Shown here: one piece after another, positions 37,798-50,208 of the stretch
How positions within the stretch are numbered: the first letter of the stretch is position 1
Layout: the number at the start of each line of letters is the position of its first letter
Origin: Tubiluchus corallicola
Lineage: Eukaryota > Animalia > Priapulida
NCBI GenBank assembly: GCA_030141605.1
Contig: JAQGDQ010000146.1
Span: 379,933 to 443,932 of the forward strand
Direction: 5' to 3'
Length of the DNA: 64,000 nt
Made by a program: the position numbers and the translations under genes
Notes under the pieces: generated by a model
The model's input: only the letters and a program-made list of their open reading frames with translations
Told to the model about the DNA's origin: nothing
Databases searched by the model: none

Positions 37798-37954
37798 ATG
37801 GTTATGTTTAAAGAGTTCGAGGCTATTGATGCCGCTTTAGACTTGCGGACGAGAAGGCGTCGAGCGTTAGACGAAGACATGCCACTTTATAAAGAACGCT
37901 TGATACCAGCTTCTTTCTGGGATGGACCCATTGATCTATTAGCTGGCGCGTTAG
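37798..37954 (+). CDS. SLC25A15: Mitochondrial ornithine carrier, coding exon 1 of 6
   Basis: Acceptor ttttcag at 37753; Kozak gtcaccATGG; ends ...DGPIDLLAGAL-G (cf. human AAIDLTAGAAG) with a phase-1 donor GTAACA. Confidence 0.8.
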
Positions 37955-38284
37955 GTAACATTTTGATGTCTGAGTTACTTACATTTTTTTTTGCAATTTG
38001 TTGCAATGACAGCATGAAATGTAGACCTTGAGGTTTGTGTAGTAGCTTGCTCAACACTGTGCTTGCTGATAACTGCTTCTACATTCGTTTTCTTTTCTGT
38101 TTTGCAATAAAATATCTTGCAGGAATTTCTTATTAGTTCCTATTTATATAGACTATCATTTGTTGAGTGGTCTGTGTCCTTTGTCTTCAAAGTTCTTGGA
38201 TTATTCCATCTGTCATTCTTGGCTGAACTTGGAAAAGTGATTGACAAACTGACTTCCTAAAAATTTCAAATTAACTCTGTTTCA

Positions 38285-38680
38285 TTAAAGGAAAACCGGA
38301 TGATTGTGTAAACATTAGTTCAGAATAAAGAATGCTCTAAAATATTGAAAACTACAATAGCTTTTTTTAAATCAAAGCTTAGATTAAATAATAATTACCT
38401 CGAATAATTAAATTTGTTAAACTTTCAAAGCTACGCGTGGCTCAGTGAATCTACTAAGATTGGCAACAGCGCTTTTTTGTCACATGCGTGTGGCCGACAA
38501 ATAGGCACAGTACCGTGATAAGCGCGATCATGAACTGCCGTGTTCGTCTCCGACGTCAGTGACTTTCCAAGGTAATTATCCAAATATTAGAAACAATATT
38601 GCTAACTTTTATAGCTAAGAAAATGTATATTTTGAACAGTAAATTAAAATGAGGTTGAGTCTAATCCGGTTTACCTTTAA
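38285..38680 (+). mobile_element. Kolobok-like MITE family E
   Basis: TTAAAGGAAAACCGGAT ... ATCCGGTTTACCTTTAA; second copy at 58882-59434. Confidence 0.75.
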
Positions 38681-40117
38681 ACATGAATAATTGCTATTAC
38701 CTTCGAGCGCTTGGCTTGTATTTCGATAAAAAATGACGTTTTCTGATATTTCGTACCGATTACAACAGCGGGGCTAGTTGACAAATTTGCACCTCCTGTA
38801 GTGTCTGTTGTTAACTACTATTTGTGTGCTTGCATAGCAAAATCGTCCATAAATCGGCAATTAAGCTTTCCTAGTTTGTCACATATCCTGAATCTCTATT
38901 TCATGAGACTTATTTTGATACCAAGCTCATCACTCTATGTTATTTCTAAGCTGAGACAATCCATGTTGAAGTTGAGGTGTAATCTTGAGAAAATCACTGT
39001 TAAAGCCAGCCATTGTTTTTTGTCGCGTTTCTACAAAACACTTAGTAGCCACATAAATGTTGGCTGCTATGGACTTTACAAGAGCAAATTCATGTTATGT
39101 TTAAATCCAGTAGATGGCTTTTCCTGACGAAGATCTGGTCTTGTCAACAGAAAAAAACAGAAGCAAAATGGCTACTTTCACGAGCTGCAATCGGAGTTAG
39201 AAAATGCAAGTTTTTTTACAATTGCAGTACTGGTTTCTAGACAGAAAAGTAGGTAAGGAGTTATAAAATTAGATTTTTAGTATTTTTTGGACACTTTCCT
39301 GATGATTTGATGCTGGAATATAAAAGTTCAATATATTTAGCATTTGTTTTCTTAAAAAATAAAAAATCGACATTTGACCAAATTTTTGGTGCTTTCTACT
39401 TTGAAGTACGTTTGAAGTTTTAACTATGCCAACTTATGGACGGTTTTGGTTTTCGAGGATACATGTGAGTTTTATTTATTTATTTGTTTATTTATTTATT
39501 AAATATATCCACAACGATTATTACAGCATTGCACATGATCGTTGTGCAATATATTGATTTCAAACTTTTCCTTTCGACAAATAAAGTTTTGAAATTCAGC
39601 CAAGAGTACAAAAATTAGTGTATGAATCCTGTATTAGTGATTAGGACTATAATTTTTAATAGAAAACTCACAGAGGTATTCTTAGTTTTGCAACCTCTAA
39701 TATTACAACTTTCCATTAATATGTCAGTTGACACCATTTTATGTCTAACATCGAGTAAAGCTGTGCTTTGCATTTTAATAAGGAGTTTATGACAATATAC
39801 TTTCTGCGTGTTCATACAGTATTTTATATCCACGAATGGACAGGTATAGCATTGCAAGAGAAGTATTGAACATGAATTGTATTTATATTTGATATCTTAG
39901 AATTTTTGTAATTTTTTTATACTATAAATCTTGTTTATTGTTTACTGTAAGTAAAGTTCAGTAAATTTTAAGTTCAGACTTGAAGTAAATATAGGTTAAG
40001 TTGAATTTTAGAGCTGTGGTGATTGTTGCTCTATTTTTCAGCCATTTTTCAGGTTACGTGTTTGTTGAATATGTTTTGCATTTAGAGCTGACAAAGTTTT
40101 GTCTTTTCGCTTTGTGT

Positions 40118-40485
40118 TGTCTTGTCTTGCCTTGCCTTGCCTTGCCTTGTCTTGTCTTGTCTTGTCTTGTCTTGTCTTGTCTTGTCTTGTCTTGTCTTGT
40201 CTTGCCTTGCCTTGACTTGTCTTGTCTTGTCTTGTCTTGCCTTGCCTTGCCTTGCCTTGCCTTGCCTTGCCTTGTCTTGTCTTGCCTTGCCTTGCCTTGA
40301 CTTGACTTGTCTTGTCTTGTCTTGTCTTGTCTTGCCTTGCCTTGCCTTGACTTGTCTTGTCTTGCCTTGCCTTGCCTTGCCTTGCCTTGACTTGACTTGT
40401 CTTGTCTTGCCTTGCCTTGCCTTGCCTTGCCTTGCCTTGCCTTGCCTTGCCTTGACTTGACTTGACTTGCCTTGTCTTGTCTTGC
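40118..40485. repeat. (CTTGN)n pentanucleotide repeat
   Basis: CTTGT/CTTGC/CTTGA units. Confidence 0.95.
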
Positions 40486-41049
40486 ACCTTTTATTGCTAC
40501 GTAGCTGCAGATTTCTTAAACTTCGAGAAATTTTAACTTTGTCGACTTTAGATAAAAATAGTCGATCATCCTTTTGTAAACAAAATCGTTTTCTTGGATG
40601 TTTATTTATTCAAATTGCATAAGTGGCACAAAATCTGAAATAGCAAAAGAAAAAAAATAAATAAATAAGAAAAATTAAAATATGAGAACATTTTCTGCAG
40701 AACTGTTTTGATATGAAACAATCAATTTCTTGCACGTACACAAAGAGGAACTTCTGTAGTTCCTCGAAAATAAAGAGGATTGATCTGCAAAAGACTTCCG
40801 CCTGCATATTCACGTCTGTTCAGAAATGATTTGCTACATTTTGAAATGGATTTTTAGAACAAACGACGATGAAAATGAATTATGCTATGACAATGGTGAA
40901 GGTGGTCATGTCAATGATGATGACGATGGCCGCACGTAAAAAGTGATGATGGTAACAGTGACAGTGGTAATGCAATTATTGTTTAAAGTGGGTCCATCCG
41001 ATGTGTTCTCCAAAAGTCTTGAGGGATATTTTGCTAGTGTAAAATAAAG

Positions 41050-41401
41050 TGTTTTCACACTTTCAGCGATTCAGCGAAAGTGTCCAAGGTTAATTGTAAA
41101 AGACAGTGCATTTGTGCACACTTGACAATGCCTCGCAGCCCATGTTTAACAGCAGCAGTTTTCACAGTTAGCTAGAACCTTACCTAGTTCATTTTTTCTT
41201 GTTCCCAAGCAAGATCCTGCTAGTAAATCACTCTACGCACAGACTAACATGCTTAGTTAAGTAAAGTCCACGTATTACTGAGCTGATGTGACATACGGCT
41301 TTGCTTTGCACACATGATGGTTGTAGTTAAGACGTGTTGTTGTGGTACACTTAATCTTTGACATGCAGGAGGTGCTCGTATGCACAACGAAGCTGTGAAA
41401 A
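41050..41401 (+). mobile_element. TIR MITE family C copy abutting a splice acceptor
   Basis: Family C core; ends gaagctgtgaaaa ~15 bp before the AG at 41415-41416. Confidence 0.75.
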
Positions 41402-41416
41402 TTTTTTATATTATAG

Positions 41417-41651
41417 GTGGTGTAGCTACTGTATACACGGGTCAACCTTTAGATACAGTTAAAGTGAAATTACAGACGTTTCCGCACTTGTACAGAAATG
41501 CTTTGCACTGCACAGTTGACACTTTTAAAACGAACGGCATAAGAGGATTGTATGCCGGTACCGTGCCTTCGCTAGCGGCTAACGTTGGAGAAAACGGGGT
41601 GCTATTTTTCGCATACGGGTTTTGCCAGAAAACAGTGAAAACAGCAGTCGG
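41417..41651 (+). CDS. SLC25A15: Mitochondrial ornithine carrier, coding exon 2
   Basis: GVATVYTGQPLDTVKVKLQTFP (carrier motif PxDxxKxK) ... GLYAGTVPSLAANVGENGVLFFAYG; AG/GTAAGT boundaries, phases 1 and 2. Confidence 0.93.
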
Positions 41652-41715
41652 GTAAGTACTGTACAGTGTTCAAGATGACTTATGAAACTACATTCTGTTT
41701 GCATTTGAAACCGAG

Positions 41716-42279
41716 TACAGTGATACCTTGAGATACGAAAATTATTTTGTTCCGGTGGGGCTTTTGTATCGCAGAATTGTAGAATTTTCGTATCATGAGA
41801 CAAGATATACCCTATAAATGGCGTAATTCGTTCCAGCACCCCCCCTGAAAACAGTTGTATAAAGTGTAAATATTGTACCCACCCGAAAGAAATATGTTCG
41901 TTAATGACCGATTATCGAAGGGTTTCACTCAAACTCCCTTGCGATAGCACTTCAACGCTTGCCACTTTCATATTTAGCTATGATTTCAAGCTTTGTTTCC
42001 ATCAACATCATCCTTTTCTTCTTATCACTACCACTGCCACTTGCTTTTTTCAGGCCTGTGGTTATTCAATGCGATCATGTGAGATAAGAGCACAACAAAG
42101 CGTTCACGTGATGCTACGAAATACATTCTGGGAGGACCACTGTCGGGCGGGCACTTTCAATTTTCGTTTTCGTAACTTGAATATTTTTTCGTTAAATGGG
42201 GCGGAATTTTCTTCGAAGCCCGATTCATATTCTGAATTTTTCGTGTAACAGGGTTTTCGTGAGTCAAGGTTCCACTGTA
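41716..42279. mobile_element. Tc1/pogo (Tigger-like) MITE
   Basis: TA-CAGTGATACCTTGA ... TCAAGGTTCCACTG-TA. Confidence 0.6.
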
Positions 42280-42504
42280 CATGAATTTTTCATATTTGCT
42301 TACACATTTTGTTCAAGTTTAATTATTGAAAATAGTTATTTTGTCTGTAATTAATTGTAATTATGAGACTTAGCTGTTAGCTAATGTTAAAAACAGGACA
42401 CATGATTTTAGATTAGAAACTTCAGCGTGTGCTGACGAATTAAATTTTTGCAATGCTGTTCTGTGAGATGTGATATCTCTGTTAGGGCTAAACTGTTTTT
42501 AATC

Positions 42505-43126
42505 TACAGTAAACTACGTGTAACTGGAATACCTCCTGACTGGAAAATTTGTTCGAGTTGACGATGTTCATAAGAAAACAAAATTGAGTCACTCATCAAC
42601 ATTGGGCAATACACTGGTAACACTGCAGCCTGCGAAAATGACAAACTGAGCCTTTAATCAAATACCAAGCAAGAATTTTTATGCATAATCAAAAATAACA
42701 TGACTGGTCCACTTCTGCTGTAGTTTGAGTAGCATGGTTAATAGAATTCGGCAATCATAATAGTGTGATCTATGTTAAACCGCATTCGTTTAATTGCGTT
42801 TTGTGAAGCGTGCTGCGAAGGTAATACAAGAAATCTTAGCATTTTTGCTGAAACTGCATAATGTGATGCATGCTTTCCGGTTGGTTTTTCCACTTGAGAG
42901 GCTGTTCGAGACTCGAGTTCATGATACGTGGTGTAATTTCACTTAGATTCTTATACATTATATCAGGAATTCAGTTTGAGTTACGCGATAATTCGAGTTG
43001 CAGATTTTGCGTTGTGCGATGTTCGACAAAGGGAAAAATGAAAGGGAAAATGCAGTCCACGAGATCTGTACGAGATCGCGCTAGAATTCGAGTTATACCT
43101 GGTAGAGTCTTACATAGTTTACTGTA
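42505..43126 (+). mobile_element. Tc1/pogo-like MITE, family G
   Basis: TA-CAGTAAACT ... AGTTTACTG-TA; inverted homolog at 49461-50030. Confidence 0.7.
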
Positions 43127-43350
43127 TTTTGAAAATTCACGACCTATGAACTTTGCGAAGATGTCAGTCGGAAAAATACAAATAAATTATGTTATATTTT
43201 TAGTGTTTAAAGTAATTTCCACAAAATACGGAAATACAACCAAATATTATTTCTGAATATTGTAAAGTGGAGTATTGTTGCATTGTTAATTACAAAAGGC
43301 CCATGTTATTGTCTTATTACATATATTTATTATTATTGTTAGTATTATTG

Positions 43351-43401
43351 CATATATATATATATATATATATATGAAATAAGGCGATTAAATGGGCCTT
43401 T

Positions 43402-43442
<41 letters not shown>

Positions 43443-43548
43443 TGTTTTTGTTATCAACAATTTAAAAGCTTTATCATACTCACTTATATAAGTGCATACT
43501 ATAAGTGAGTATGATAAAGCTTTTAAATTGTTTATAACAAAAACAGTA
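43351..43548. repeat. (TA)n runs followed by a palindrome with 49-bp arms
   Basis: 43440-43488 is the reverse complement of 43500-43548 with one mismatch. Confidence 0.9.
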
Positions 43549-44126
43549 TTCGTTTCATAAACAACTCATTATTATAATAAATTTGTTGCATTTTTATCAG
43601 GAAGATCCTACATTTTAATCATCAGCACAAAGATTTGTTTATGAGTGGCAGCAGATTGTTAAATATTTGACTGATTCCTAATGATGATTGCTAGCATGCT
43701 GTAAGACGTTGGCTTTTCCTAATAAAAATGCAGTAAAATTTATTGTAATATAGTAACGTACAATGGATGGTGCTGATATGCTTGTCACGGGGTACTTGTG
43801 AAGAAAACGTAAAAAAAGCTATAATAAAAGTGAAATTATAGAATCAAGTAACTCACCAGATATCTAATCTACTGTACTTCGTGCCGGTTGTCATTACGGA
43901 GCAGGTGCTGAGGTGGAAAACGCACCGGCCCTGTCAGCTCACTGAATCGACGAGGCCATTCCATAGGGACACTTTTGCAACTGGTTTTCAACGCCACTGT
44001 GGAATGGCTTCGTATTGTAACCCATTACAATGTAGAGGGGTGGGTCAGAAATAAATGGCATTTCACCACCGTAACAATATATTGAGGATTGTTTATGCAA
44101 CGCAGTATGAGTATGATTTTTTTTAG

Positions 44127-44300
44127 AAAAAGAACAGTCAAAGAGCTGACAGATTTTGAGAACGCCTGCGCTGGATTTCTGGCCGCTTTCTTCTCGTCAC
44201 TTATCCTTTGTCCGACGGAATTAGTAAAATGTCGACTACAGGCGATGCAAGAGATGCTGGAGATGAAATACGGGAAAAACATCCCCGCACACGAGCGAGT
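44127..44300 (+). CDS. SLC25A15: Mitochondrial ornithine carrier, coding exon 3
   Basis: [35 protein letters not shown]; ttttag acceptor and GTAGGT donor, phase 2-2. Confidence 0.92.
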
Positions 44301-44408
44301 GTAGGTTTACGTGTTTTGCATGTGCAAAGTATTTTATTGCATGAAATTGTGGGTGTATTGCACCAATTAAACTTCATCTTTATGAGGTGTTGTTGGTGTG
44401 CACTAGCC

Positions 44409-44947
44409 TTTAGAAGAAGACAGGATGATTTTTCATATACTACCCCATTTTCAAGTCCGATAAAAAGTATACATTTGGGCTAATGATGTCATCACAAACT
44501 AACATAATTTTCAATATCAAAAATATTCCATGAGTGTGTTGCACATGTTTGTGGAAGCGAAAATTGAAATGCAGTGCTACTGTAAGATATTCAGTGTGTT
44601 GTGCCAGAACTAGGCAAGTTTGAAGACAAAAATTCAAACTTCAAACTTATCGCTGCACAAACATGTGCATTACTTCACAAACGAACACCTTTGAACTGAC
44701 AGGTACAGCACCTGTTTTTCATGCAGTGCTTTCCGAAATGCTGGTGTTAGTAGCGGCTGTCTAACTAGCGAATGGCGATAGGCATGTAACTGCTAAGAAC
44801 TAGTGGCACGAACATGAAATTGTGTTTGTGTGGTAATAATTCTTTCACGTAAGTCGTTTTTGAAAAAAATAGTACGTTTTCTTTCAATATTTTAAAGAGT
44901 AGTTGGTTTTGACGTATAGTTTAAGATTGGGTCCGATTTTGGTTTAA
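44409..44947 (-). mobile_element. Kolobok-like family A copy
   Basis: Family consensus; intronic. Confidence 0.8.
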
Positions 44948-45126
44948 AACTTATCAAAAGTTTTTCTGTGCTTTTATCGGTTTTCCAATATTCTTTCGTA
45001 TATCTTAGGCTTAATGAGCCACTGCCATCTAAACTGAGATTTTCACCTACTTCTGCTATTTTGTTTATTTGCACTGGTGAGTTTGTTTACCTGATGGCTT
45101 TATAATTGTAATACATGAAATGAACG

Positions 45127-45430
45127 TACAGTAAGTCCTCGCTTAACGACTCTCCGTTTAACGACGTTTCGTTTTAACGACGACGATCATTTGACACTTT
45201 TGTTATTTAACTGCTATTTCGCTTTAACTGCTATTTTCTTTACTTTGTTCAAGGCAAATTTTTATTTGATTAACAAAATTTTGACCTAATTTGAAGCATT
45301 AAAGGAGCACTTATTGCGTTATTCTGTTCTGAAAACGCACTGTGGAAGTCCTGGCTTCATTTAAGGTTTTTTTACTTAACGTCGCATTTTGGTGGAACAT
45401 ATTAGCATCGTTAAGCGAGGACTTACTATA
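45127..45430. mobile_element. Tc1/pogo-like MITE, family H
   Basis: TA-CAGTAAGTCCTCGCTTAACG ... CGTTAAGCGAGGACTTACT; related copy at 50209-50857. Confidence 0.75.
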
Positions 45431-45468
45431 TTACAAATAATGACCATGTGTTTTCATTATTTTTGCAG

Positions 45469-45641
45469 TGGTCCAATAATGGTTTGTAAACATGTGATAA
45501 AGGTGGACGGGCCAACAGGTTTTTTTAGAGGTTTGACCAGTACTTTCCTTCGAGAAATGCCGGGATATTTCTGCTTCTTCGGTGGCTACGAAGTGAGTAG
45601 GACGTTATTAACGCCGCCTGGAAAAACGAAGGATGATTTGA
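45469..45641 (+). CDS. SLC25A15: Mitochondrial ornithine carrier, coding exon 4
   Basis: GFFRGLTSTFLREMPGYFCFFGGYE; ttttgcag acceptor and GTAAGT donor. Confidence 0.93.
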
Positions 45642-46498
45642 GTAAGTACTTTTGCTTACTTATTAAAAATATGATTGTGTGATTCGTACATGGCTGATTT
45701 TTCTTGTCCGTGGTTGTAATTTAAAGACTAAAAGCTGTCAATTGAATTTGTCAGTTCTACCTTCTTTTCAAAAATTGCTTCATTGAAACCTGTGTCTAAC
45801 ATAGAGGATACCTAGAGAGTTATTGATATGGGAGAAGAGAGTATTGCAATCAAAATTTTACAATAATTTTTATTATTTGTACTTCTCATTTCCCCTACAG
45901 CAAGACCAGAAATCTTCGTTCTTTTTAACCAGAGTAATCTGCCACAAGAGAATGTAGAACATATTTTAAAAAAATAACTGATTGTGCCCAATTGTTACTG
46001 CTATTTGCTTTGTTCCAACCTTAAAGTGCAAAGAGAACTTATTTACTAAAGTGATGCACTCCACAAATTTCAAGTTTTTGAGTAATTATTGATTTTAAGA
46101 TAGAAGTTTTTTATCCTGATATGAAAGAGCAAATCGGGAATATTTTACGTACATATACCTGGAAGGCTGTGTTACAAGTATTTATCGATTTCCGACCACA
46201 ATTGATTTCGATGGATTGGTTGTAAGAGGAATTTGATTTGCACAAGTCGGATCTGTATATTTAACAATCATTCAAGCGGTATGCCTCTACATGCAAACAA
46301 TGTGATTGTTGTTTGTATGCTTATTAAGTATGGCTGGGATGAATGTATCAAAACAGACAGCGATTTAAAGTTAATTTGTTTAAAAAATATCAGGAGTTAT
46401 TGTTGGTTTTACGTAATTAATTAATGAACTTGCGGTCTCATCATAAAGTCGAGCAATCGTAAGTCGTATAGGTCGTAAGTCCATGACTATCTGTACTT

Positions 46499-46971
46499 CA
46501 GGGATGAGAATTCTGAGTTGTTGGAAGACCAGTAGTGCTATTTTTGTAAATCGCGTAAATTCGTTGAGAAAATTTTTACAGACCCAGTACATTATTTCAC
46601 AAGCTGACCACTAGTTGGCAGGCCGTCACTTTGTTTACATCACGTACATCAGTGTAACCACGTGTATATCTGTATGTATAAAAATATAGAATCAATTGTG
46701 CGGAGTTATTTGAGTAAATTGCAGACAGTTTTTATATACTTTTGCATAGGAGCAGCCAGTACTTAGGTGTTTTTGAGACAATTAGGTATCATGTGTCCTT
46801 GATAGTTGGGTATTTTAAATTATGCATGAAACAAGGTAATTGATATTTTAAGTCCACTTAGAGGCTCTCTATGGTCACAAAATTGCAATTTCAACCCCAT
46901 TGGGGGTCTAGGTGGCCCCAAAACCCCCGGCCTGTTTCAGAGTTTTTTGCAATTTGTCATTCTCATCCCTG
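46499..46971. mobile_element. hAT-like MITE
   Basis: Perfect 13-bp TIR CAGGGATGAGAAT ... ATTCTCATCCCTG; flanks gtactt / gtactc. Confidence 0.75.
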
Positions 46972-47244
46972 GTACTCAGATGCAAGCGAATAACAGCAGT
47001 GATTCTAACACAATTGCAGAGTGATTACTGATTAGTCTACAGCCTGCGACTGATAAGTAAACCCTTATTTTTGAAATAGCTGGGCACCCGACTTCCATGT
47101 TACCAACCTGCATTTGGTTTACTACGTAATCAGTCACAAATTGCCGTTTTTGTTTCAATTTGTCCCTTTGTGGTAAAGTGCAATTAAAAACACGTTAGCA
47201 ATATCGTTATTTCTAACTTGTGATGTTTGCCCATTTTTTTGCAG

Positions 47245-47397
47245 GTGTATTTAGATTAGCAGTGGCGGGAGGCGTGGGCGGTTGGTGTTTATGGTTGGCG
47301 ATTTTTCCGTTTGACCTTATCAAGTCACGCATGCAGGTTTTAACTGATAGCAAACTTGGTTTTTTAGACATTTTCTTCGGCTTTCTTAAGCGTGGAG
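47245..47397 (+). CDS. SLC25A15: Mitochondrial ornithine carrier, coding exon 5
   Basis: GGVGGWCLWLAIFPFDLIKSRMQV; tttgcag acceptor and GTGAGT donor. Confidence 0.93.
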
Positions 47398-47527
47398 GTG
47401 AGTGAATAAATCAAAGATCTTTTTCGTTCATTTTTGTTCACTTATTACTTTGTCACATTAAATAAACTAAATTGGTTAATTAGATTTTTCACCAGTTAAC
47501 TTATGAGTCAATATGTTAAACATACAG

Positions 47528-47918
47528 TAAGCTTTTTCACAGTTTTGTTGTGCGCACGCGTAGTTGCTTTAGGTCAAAGGTTAAGTGTGCCACACCAACA
47601 TGTTTTGCTACAACCCTCACGTGATGGTGTATGTAAAGCAAAGCCGTCTGCCACATCAGTTTAGTAACTTTAGCTGTTTTACCTGGACTTTTACTCAGTT
47701 ATGCATTAGTCTGTGTGTAGAGTGATTTACTAGCAGGATTTACTTGGAAGCAACAAAAAATGAACTAGGTAAGGTTCTAGCTAGCTGTTGAAACTGTTAC
47801 TATTACTACAGCATGGACTGCGAGGTATTGTCAAGTGTGCACAAATGTGTTGTTTGGTGCACTTAACCTTTGACCTTTTCACGATGGTTATCAATTGCTG
47901 GAACTGTGAAAAGGCTTA
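47528..47918 (-). mobile_element. TIR MITE family C copy
   Basis: taagctttttcacagtt ... aactgtgaaaaggctta. Confidence 0.8.
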
Positions 47919-48427
47919 TTGATAGAACGAATAGCGATGGAGAACAATTGTGAATAGCTGTACATTAGTCTGCAATTTAAAATTACAGCGAACACTTAAA
48001 GTTTTTACGAAATCTTCATACTGTTAACTATTAGTTATTAATAGCACTTTCAGAAATGCTCTTAAGTTTGTATTTGATTGCCTGTTAACATGTCTTCCAT
48101 GCATGACCTGTGCCTGAATGGCAATTTTTTTGTAGACTTTAATACTGTTTATTTTATTATAATATAAGGGCTTGTGACATGAGTTTTTTGTGGTCTTTTT
48201 AGTACTCACGTATGGCATGAGTCAACAATGCTTTACGATAGACTTGTTGAGCTTTAACGAGAGTTCTTCAATAGTGCTAACTAATATTACATAGATTAAA
48301 AAAGCAACTAGACCTTGCTCCTAATATAACGTGGCAGGAAATTACTAATTTGCATGCTTTTTATGTGAACGTCCCCTTACCTTCATTTAGTTGGATCAGC
48401 ATGAATTTGTTTAACCTTTAATAGCTT

Positions 48428-49059
48428 TTAAAAGGAAGACAGGGTGTTTTTTCGTATACTATCCCATTTTCAAGTCCTATAAAAGTATACATTTTAACAC
48501 CATTAATACCGCAAAAGTGGTTCTGCCGGTTAAATAATAGATTAAAATCTTAACTAACGGTGGGCGAGTGCAACTATTGATGACATCACAATCGAACATA
48601 ATTTTCAACAGCAAGCATAAATATTCCACGAGCGTGTTGTACGTTTTTGTGAAAGTGGAAATTGAAGTACAGTGTTACTGTAGGATATTCAGTGTGATGT
48701 GCTAAAACTAGGCAAGTTTTAAGAGAAAAATTCAAATTTCTAATTTACTGCTGTGTGCACGCATGAGCTATCGAAACTGTGCAGTATATCACAAACTAAC
48801 ACATCTGAAATGAGAGGTACAGCACCTGTTTTTTTGTGTAATGCATTTTCGAAATGCAGGCGCTAGTGCCCGTCTAACTGGCAAATAGCAAAATGCATGT
48901 AACAGTGAAGAACTAGTGGCATGAACGTAATATTGTGTTTGTGTGTTAACAATTCTTTCACATAAGGTATTTTTGAAAAAATAGTGTGTTTCCTTTCAAT
49001 ATTTTAAAGAGTAGATTGTTTTGACCTATAGTTTAAGATTGGGTCTGATTTTGTTTTAA
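48428..49059 (-). mobile_element. Kolobok-like family A copy
   Basis: Family consensus; TTAA ends. Confidence 0.8.
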
Positions 49060-49115
49060 GATTACACAGTTTTAAAATTGTGAAAATTGTTTTATATTTT
49101 TTTGTGTTTTTTCAG

Positions 49116-49261
49116 TGCCCGGAATACGTGAGATGTACAAGGGACTTGGACCAACGCTGGTCAGAACATTTCCAGCAACCGGAGCACTTTTTGTTACCGT
49201 GGAGTACACGCGGAAAATCTTACATGATGTAGTGGATGAGGAAAGTGATGAAGTATTATAA
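49116..49261 (+). CDS. SLC25A15: Mitochondrial ornithine carrier, coding exon 6 (last; absent from the ORF track)
   Basis: ttttcag acceptor; VPGIREMYKGLGPTLVRTFPATGALFVTVEYTRKIL...* ; spliced CDS is 1038 nt and in frame; AATAAA at 49326. Confidence 0.92.
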
Positions 49262-49460
49262 AGTTTGTGAAATAATTAATATTAAGATATAGTGTCCGTT
49301 ATCGTTAGGTCTATATGCTGTGATAAATAAATGCTGCAATGTAGATAAACGGGTAGTTAGTAAACTTTCGTCAGGAAATTTTAGTAAATTTTTGTTATAC
49401 TTTTCACTTGTGAGTTCAGAATAGAGCAAGTATATTTAGTTTAAGAAACTGCTTCGGAAC

Positions 49461-50030
49461 TACAGTAAGTTCAGTATGACCCGTTATAACTAGAATTCTT
49501 GCGTACCTAGAACAGATCTCGTGGAACAGATTTGCCCTTTTGTTATTCTCTTTAGCAAATGTCGCGAAACAATTATCGCGTAACTCAAACCAACCTCCCG
49601 GTACAATTCTCAAGAAGCTGACTCAAACTACCTCGTCTATCCTGAAGAACCGCCCAAGCGAGAAATCCTACGCGAAAGTATGCACCACGTTACGATTTTA
49701 ACTGCTAGTTTCAGCAAAAATGCTAAGATTTCTTACCTTAGCAAAACGCTGCACACAACATGATTTAACGAACGTGGTTTAATAACTAGATCACAATATT
49801 ACTATTGCCAAATTCTATTAACAGTGCTACTCAGACCACAATAGAGGTGGATGAGTCCATTTTATTTTTGATTATTTATAAAAACTGTTGTTTGATATTT
49901 GATTAAAGGCTCAGTTTTTCGCTGGCTGTAGTGTATTATCCGACATTGATGAGAGACTCAATCATATCCTTGCATAACTCGAACAAATTTACTGGTTCCG
50001 AGGTGTTTGAGTTATACAGAGTTTACTGTA
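49461..50030 (-). mobile_element. Tc1/pogo-like MITE, family G
   Basis: TA-CAGTAA ... TTTACTG-TA; reverse complement similarity to 42505-43126. Confidence 0.7.
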
Positions 50031-50208
50031 TTTAATATTTTTTCTTGCAGCAGTCGAGTTACACATTGATAGAGTTTAGAAATATTTCCTTACTGCAGTA
50101 TTCTTGCTGCTCTTTAGTTCATGAAAGCTATCTGATTTGGGGCTTTCAATAACTGTGTAGTTAACATTCAACTAGCCTTAGATATACACAATACCTCGCT
50201 TGCGGCTG

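Noticed and set aside
36880-39130. Possible minus-strand pseudogene
   Set aside because: Many stops, no recognisable homology, and the coding-like core is explained by SLC25A15 exon 37798-37954 on the + strand
43681-43776. C/D box snoRNA-like ATGATGA...CTGA
   Set aside because: No terminal stem and no recognisable antisense guide; such motifs are expected by chance
44000-44021. miR-1-like TGGAATG seed
   Set aside because: Only 7 nt match, and the position relative to the hairpin does not fit a mature miR-1
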